Part shown: piece by piece, positions 59,088 through 64,000 of the stretch | Numbering within the stretch: the first letter of the stretch is position 1 | Layout: each line of letters begins with the position of its first letter | Source: Vagococcus sp. | GTDB taxonomy: Bacteria; Bacillota; Bacilli; Lactobacillales; Vagococcaceae | Assembly (NCBI RefSeq): GCF_036639995.1 | Contig: NZ_JAVWHO010000004.1 | Coordinates: 4,045-68,044, forward strand | Direction of reading: 5' to 3' | DNA: 64,000 bases | The notes under the pieces: model-generated | What the model saw: only the letters and a program-made list of their open reading frames with translations | The model's database searches: none | Told to the model about the DNA's origin: nothing | Program-made: the position numbers and the translations under genes

Positions 59088-60104
59088 ATGTATTCCAAAA
59101 CAGAAAGTTTTATAAAACAATTAGTAGATGAAAGAAAAATTCCAGGTATTTCATATGCGTTTTTAAGTAAATCAAAGCAGTATAAAAAAGTGATAGGATT
59201 AAAGCAAATCACTCCTTTTGAGGAAAGATTACTTGAAGATACCTTATATGATATGGCATCGTTAACAAAAGTTATTTGTACCAATTCAGTGATACTAAAA
59301 CTCATTGAGAAAAATAAACTTTCTATTGATACTCCTCTTAATAGTTATTTACCTGAATTTACAGATAAATTGGTGACAATTAGACAGCTATTAACCCATA
59401 CATCAGGCATCAATCCTTATATTCCAAATCGAGATTCACTTAATCAAGAAGAGTTAAAGCGAGAAATTTTAAAGTTAACATCAAATGATTCAAGAGGAAA
59501 AATAGTTAAATATACTGATACTGGAACTGTTCTTTTAGGTTTTTTAATTGAAGAAATATATCAAAAAAGCGTTCATGATGTTTTTTTACAGGAGGTAATA
59601 CATCCCTTAAAAATGGAAAGAAGTTTTTTTTATAATTTTGATAAAAAAGAGGCTGCTCCAACAGAATATTCATCAAAAAGAGGATTAATTCAAGGCGATG
59701 TTCATGATCCAAAGGCATATGTTTTAAAAGATCACTGTGGAAGTGCTGGGTTGTTTAGCACACTAGAAGATACTATTTTATTTGTTCAAATGATGATGAA
59801 TGGCGGAAAAACAGTGGATAATACAACTTTCTTATCTCAGAAAACGGTCACGTCACTATGTCAGGATTATACAGATGGAAACATAAAAAAAAGATCTTTA
59901 GGATGGGATTTAATTGAAAAAAACAAGCATACATTTTTATATCATACTGGTTATACAGGCACATTTATTTTAATGGATATTAAAGAACAAGAAGGGCTTA
60001 TTTTTTTATCTAATCGTGTTCATCCACATGATAATCGAGAAGAATATATTTTGCTAAGAGACCAATTAATTGAAATCTATTTAAATGAAACCACGAATCA
60101 TTAA
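59088..60104 (+). CDS. Serine hydrolase, beta-lactamase family
   Basis: SLTK (SxxK), LLTHTSG, YTD, HDPKA, GSAGLF, HTGYTG. Confidence 0.9.
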   Translation: MYSKTESFIKQLVDERKIPGISYAFLSKSKQYKKVIGLKQITPFEERLLEDTLYDMASLTKVICTNSVILKLIEKNKLSIDTPLNSYLPEFTDKLVTIRQLLTHTSGINPYIPNRDSLNQEELKREILKLTSNDSRGKIVKYTDTGTVLLGFLIEEIYQKSVHDVFLQEVIHPLKMERSFFYNFDKKEAAPTEYSSKRGLIQGDVHDPKAYVLKDHCGSAGLFSTLEDTILFVQMMMNGGKTVDNTTFLSQKTVTSLCQDYTDGNIKKRSLGWDLIEKNKHTFLYHTGYTGTFILMDIKEQEGLIFLSNRVHPHDNREEYILLRDQLIEIYLNETTNH

Positions 60105-60151
60105 AAGAATGTTATAATAGTAAAAATAGTAATTTAGGGGTGGATTTTTTT

Positions 60152-61117
60152 ATGTTAGAACCATTATTTTTAAAGCCGGTATTTCAAGAAAAAATTTGGG
60201 GTGGATCAAAATTAAAAACGGAATTTGACTATCCGTTAGAAAGCGATAAAATTGGAGAATGTTGGGCAATAAGTGCGCATCCTCATGGGGTATGTACCGT
60301 TGAAAATGGTCCATTTAAAGGTGAAAAATTAGATGAATTATGGAAAAAACACCCAGAGTTATTCGGTAACTCTAAAGAGGAAGTTTTTCCATTATTGACT
60401 AAAATATTAGATGCTGCAGATGATTTGTCTGTCCAAGTTCATCCAGATGACTTATATGGAAAAGAGCATGAAGGAGAACTGGGAAAAACAGAATGCTGGT
60501 ATATCATTAGCGCAGAGCCTGGTGCTGAAATTATCTATGGTCATCATGCAAAAACAAAAGAAGAACTAAAACAAATGATTGATAGTGGTGATTGGGATCA
60601 TTTATTGCGCAGAATAAAAGTGAAAAAAGGAGACTTTTTCTTTGTCCCTAGTGGAACAATTCATGCGATTGGAAAAGGTATTATGATTTTAGAAACACAA
60701 CAAAGTAGTGATACAACTTACCGTGTCTATGATTATGATCGTAAAGATGATTCAGGGAATTTAAGAGAATTACATATCCAACAATCACTTGATGTAACTA
60801 ATGTGCCTCATATTGATCCAGTTCTAAATATTAAACAAATAAATGATGGTGATTCAAGTATAACAACTTTTGTAGAATCAGATTATTTTAATGTCTATGA
60901 TTGGGAAGTTTCAGGTATTTTAAACTTTAAGAGAATGTCACCATATACATTAGTGAGTGTTCTAGATGGTTTTGGTTATATTTATCTAAATGATTCAAAG
61001 AAACCAACTGAAATTAAAAAGGGTCAACATTTCATTCTAACTGCTGATGCTCAAAAAATCAGAATTGAAGGTAACTTAAAGATAATTGCGTCTTCACCTG
61101 GAACTAAAAATAGATAA
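60152..61117 (+). CDS. manA: Mannose-6-phosphate isomerase class I
   Basis: EKIWGG, GECWAISAH, LSVQVHPDD, GKTECWY, HAIG, ETQQSSDTTYR. Confidence 0.97.
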   Translation: MLEPLFLKPVFQEKIWGGSKLKTEFDYPLESDKIGECWAISAHPHGVCTVENGPFKGEKLDELWKKHPELFGNSKEEVFPLLTKILDAADDLSVQVHPDDLYGKEHEGELGKTECWYIISAEPGAEIIYGHHAKTKEELKQMIDSGDWDHLLRRIKVKKGDFFFVPSGTIHAIGKGIMILETQQSSDTTYRVYDYDRKDDSGNLRELHIQQSLDVTNVPHIDPVLNIKQINDGDSSITTFVESDYFNVYDWEVSGILNFKRMSPYTLVSVLDGFGYIYLNDSKKPTEIKKGQHFILTADAQKIRIEGNLKIIASSPGTKNR

Positions 61118-61159
61118 AAAAATGAGGAACTTGCTAGTAAGCAGGTTCCTCATTTTTTA

Positions 61160-62272
61160 TTAAATAAGATCAACAAGCGGTGTGTAAAGTCGATTTTGGT
61201 CGATAGCTACTTGCTCATAGGTTAATTTACCTTTACAAGTATTTACACCAATCGCTAAAGATTTATTATTATTAACGGCTTTTACAAAACCTTTATTAGC
61301 TAATTCTAAAACGTATGGTAAGGTATTATTGGTTAGTGCTAGAGTCGATGTTCTAGAAACAGCACCAGGCATATTAGGAACGGCATAATGAAGCACATCA
61401 TGTCGTAAATAAGTAGGATCATCATGACTTGTTGTTTTGTCAGTAGTTTCAAAAATTCCACCTTGGTCAATAGCAATATCAACAATAACAGAGCCTGGTT
61501 TCATATCTTTAACCATTTCTTCTGTGACAAGAGTAGGTGCTTTTCTACCTGGAATTAATACCGCACCAATAACTAAATCTGCACGTTTTACAGATTGGTG
61601 AATATTATGAGGATTTGAAATCAACGTTTCAATTTCATTACCAAAAATATCTTCTAATTGAGCTAGTCTTTTTTGATTAACATCTAATATTCTTACTTTA
61701 GCACCAAGACCAACAGCGATTTTAGCTGCGTTATAACCAGCAACTCCACCACCGATAATGGTGACATTTCCTCTGGCAACTCCTGGTACAGAAGAAAGTA
61801 ATACACCTGATCCCCCTTTTGTTTTTTGTAAGAAATAAGCTCCTGTTTGAGGAGCCATACGTCCAGCAATTTCAGACATAGGCGTAAGTAGTGGTAAACT
61901 ACCATCTTCTAATTGGACAGATTCATAAGCAATAGAAGTAACTTTTTTCTCTAATAAGGTATCAGTAAGCTTACGAGCTGGAGCTAGGTGTAGGTACGTA
62001 AATAAAATTAAACCTTCCCTAAAGAATTTGTATTCAGATTCTAACGGTTCCTTAACTTTTAACACCATGTCAACATTCCAAGCTTCATTTGCACTTTGAA
62101 CGATAGTAGCACCATTTTCTAGGTATTCTTCATCTGTATACCCTGCGCCAAGTCCGGCGTTTGTTTCAACGATAACTGCATGATTGTCTTCAATCAATGT
62201 TTTTACAAAAGGTGGAGTAATAGCCACACGATTTTCGTTGTTTTTAATTTCTTTTGGTATTCCTATTTTCAT
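61160..62272 (-). CDS. ald: Alanine dehydrogenase
   Basis: [45 protein letters not shown]. Confidence 0.98.
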   Translation of the reverse strand: MKIGIPKEIKNNENRVAITPPFVKTLIEDNHAVIVETNAGLGAGYTDEEYLENGATIVQSANEAWNVDMVLKVKEPLESEYKFFREGLILFTYLHLAPARKLTDTLLEKKVTSIAYESVQLEDGSLPLLTPMSEIAGRMAPQTGAYFLQKTKGGSGVLLSSVPGVARGNVTIIGGGVAGYNAAKIAVGLGAKVRILDVNQKRLAQLEDIFGNEIETLISNPHNIHQSVKRADLVIGAVLIPGRKAPTLVTEEMVKDMKPGSVIVDIAIDQGGIFETTDKTTSHDDPTYLRHDVLHYAVPNMPGAVSRTSTLALTNNTLPYVLELANKGFVKAVNNNKSLAIGVNTCKGKLTYEQVAIDQNRLYTPLVDLI

Positions 62273-62289
62273 TGAGCTTCCTCCTATTC

Positions 62290-62345
62290 ATTAATGAGAT
62301 AATTCTCATTAATTTAATTATACACTTACTATGAAAGATAATCTA
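62290..62345 (-). promoter_or_regulatory. ald promoter with a palindrome over the transcription start
   Basis: Minus-strand TAGATT(62345-62340)-N17-TATAAT(62322-62317); ATTAATGAGA-taat-TCTCATTAAT at 62290-62313. Confidence 0.55.
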
Positions 62346-62428
62346 TTTGATTTATTAATTGGGAGTAAAATAGAAGTTTCTTTTGATGTTAAAAATAATG
62401 ATAGTTTTACTTTTTAGGAGTATATTGA

Positions 62429-62635
62429 ATGCTTTATAAAGTTATATTTTAATTTTATCGATACCGCTGATTGGAATCCCTGTATTGGGAAGTAGCTCTC
62501 TACCAATAATAGGTGAAGAAACAACGGTATATGCTGCTAAAGCGAAAGGGCCTGTTAAACAGAATAACTTATTACTCTTTATATGATAACAATGGAAGAT
62601 GGCAAGGGTATTTAAGTGAGTTAGCTGTAAAATAA
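62429..62635 (+). pseudogene. Frameshifted mini-gene: signal peptide joined to a GW-like C-terminal fragment
   Basis: AGGAG SD, ATG 62429, premature TAA 62450. A -1 shift gives LILSIPLIGIPVLG...ETTVYAAKAKGPVKQN; a +1 shift gives TYYSLYDNNGRWQGYLSELAVK-TAA(62633); a terminator follows. Confidence 0.6.
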
Positions 62636-62647
62636 ATGAATAAATAA

Positions 62648-62680
62648 AAAACACCTATTCCAAAATGGAATAGGCGTTTT
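62648..62680. repeat. 33-bp hairpin/terminator, copy 2 (inverted relative to copy 1)
   Basis: AAAACACCTATTCCA-aaa-TGGAATAGGCGTTTT. Confidence 0.75.
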
Positions 62681-62743
62681 GATATTTATTAAGTTAATAT
62701 CCTTGCTATATAAATGATTTTAGATAAGTTGAATGTTTTTTTA

Positions 62744-63430
62744 TTAATTTAAATCAGATAATGAAAACTGCTTATGATATTTTTTTTCCATAACCATATT
62801 GATTAGGCGTAGAGCAAGATTTTTATTTTTAGATAGCAGAGGTCCATGGAAATATGAACCAACAACATTCTTGTACAGTACACCTTCAGTTTTATCTTTG
62901 CCGTTATTTCCATGTCCAGCTTTTACTGTGCCAAGAGGTTTTTCACCTTCTCCAAGGAAAGTCATACCATTATGATTTTCAAATCCGTAATAAGTTTCAT
63001 CAAATTCTTCATTATAGATTTCAATGTCACCAATAAATCGGTTGTCATTTTGGCTAAGAGAGTAATGAGGTAAGGCATGAATCCCCTGAATTTTCTCTCC
63101 TTTTGCTCCAATGTAGTATTCCCCAAGAAGTTGGAAGCCACCACAAATAGCTAGCATAACGCCGTCTGACTCTATGAAGTCAATTAATTGTTCTTTTTTG
63201 GTTTGAATGTCCTTAGAGACAATAACTTGCTCATAATCTTGACCACCGCCAATGAAAATCAAATCATAGTCATTGGTATCTAATTTTTCATGGATACTAA
63301 CAATTTCCGTTGAAAATTCAACGCCCAATTGTTCAGCGTAATAGTCGAGAATTAAAAGATTTCCATTGTCACCGTAAGTGTTTAGTAAATTGCCATAAAG
63401 ATGACAAACTTTTATTTTATAGGGTGTCAT
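62744..63430 (-). CDS. gatD: Lipid II isoglutaminyl synthase glutaminase subunit
   Basis: [39 protein letters not shown]. Confidence 0.95.
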   Translation of the reverse strand: MTPYKIKVCHLYGNLLNTYGDNGNLLILDYYAEQLGVEFSTEIVSIHEKLDTNDYDLIFIGGGQDYEQVIVSKDIQTKKEQLIDFIESDGVMLAICGGFQLLGEYYIGAKGEKIQGIHALPHYSLSQNDNRFIGDIEIYNEEFDETYYGFENHNGMTFLGEGEKPLGTVKAGHGNNGKDKTEGVLYKNVVGSYFHGPLLSKNKNLALRLINMVMEKKYHKQFSLSDLN

Positions 63431-64000
63431 TTAGTTTGCCTCCTTAATATAACCAAGTTGAATGAGTTCTTTTCTTAAACTTAGAACAGCTGTATAAGTT
63501 GCTAAAATATAAACATGTTCGGTTGGAGCTGTTTTTATTTCGCTAATGACTTGCTTAATATCAGTGACTTCAGTTAATACATCATTGTTTATACCTGCAA
63601 CTTTTAACCGTAAAGTCATATCCTCGCGACGTTCACCACCAGAAATAACTTTTGGAATATTCATTTGTTTCAATTCTTCTAATTGACTATCCCAAATCCA
63701 ACTAACATCAATACCATCAGCATAGTTAGCGTTAAGAAGAGCTGCTAATGAAAAGTCAAATGGTGACATCTTCATTGTATCGATAACTTGATTTAATCCA
63801 ACCGGATTTTTAACAAGCATTAGTGTACATTTTTTACCATCAATATTAATAATCTCTTGGCGGCCAAATACTTTTTCGTCATAGGCTAGACCTTTTCTAA
63901 TTTTTTCAGGTGATATATTGTAATACTCTGCAACAGAAGTAGCTGCTAAAGCATTATAGATATTGTACATTCCTCCTACTTCAATAGAATAATTTTCATT
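63431..64000 (-). CDS. murT: Lipid II isoglutaminyl synthase subunit MurT, C-terminal part (truncated at the window edge)
   Basis: The frame stays open to 64000 (NENYSIEVGGMYNIYNALAA). DUF1727 motifs LVKNPVG, NANYADGIDVSWIWD, TYTA; directly upstream of gatD. Confidence 0.95.
   Translation of the reverse strand, partial: NENYSIEVGGMYNIYNALAATSVAEYYNISPEKIRKGLAYDEKVFGRQEIINIDGKKCTLMLVKNPVGLNQVIDTMKMSPFDFSLAALLNANYADGIDVSWIWDSQLEELKQMNIPKVISGGERREDMTLRLKVAGINNDVLTEVTDIKQVISEIKTAPTEHVYILATYTAVLSLRKELIQLGYIKEAN

Noticed and set aside
62442-62654. 70-aa minus-strand ORF in the ald-gatD gap
   Set aside because: No SD; it is the antisense shadow of the + strand signal-peptide/GW-like relic, which has SD, stop and terminator.
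1-64000. Mobile elements, prophage, defence islands, tRNA or rRNA
   Set aside because: No transposase, integrase, phage structural, restriction-modification or cas motifs, and no tRNA or rRNA signatures, were seen in any frame.

Overview
This is an AT-rich, low-GC Firmicute chromosome segment. Protein sequences and gene order suggest Enterococcaceae, plausibly Vagococcus (an inference, not a database result). It is dense core genome, mostly coded on the + strand. Contents: addAB, dinB, xpaC-telA, nudF-macP-mtnN-pncA, tdk-prfA-prmC-sua5-glyA-upp, dnaD-nth, ponA-recU, gpsB, the RNase P RNA, an M32 peptidase, a class I aldolase, the yunD-yutD-yutF cluster, a TetR-regulated heterodimeric ABC exporter, manA, ald and gatD-murT (truncated at the edge). 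I found no transposase, integrase, prophage, CRISPR array, tRNA, rRNA or recognisable defence island, so I cannot claim a large new system. The best leads are small-scale. (1) An intergenic locus before dinB has a terminator-bounded + strand RNA lying antisense to an SD-equipped 15-codon ORF. (2) An APC permease appears to start at AUU. (3) An orphan glucitol-type PTS IIA has Gln at the phospho-His position. (4) A stand-alone small protein has a nucleoside-deoxyribosyltransferase-like motif. (5) A frameshifted mini-gene joins a signal peptide to a GW-like tail. (6) A 33-bp hairpin recurs 41.6 kb away with compensatory changes. (7) LexA-type boxes lie at addAB and dinB. (8) ypsA is missing and the tdk-upp block looks relocated. 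All family assignments are by motif recognition from memory; no searches were run.
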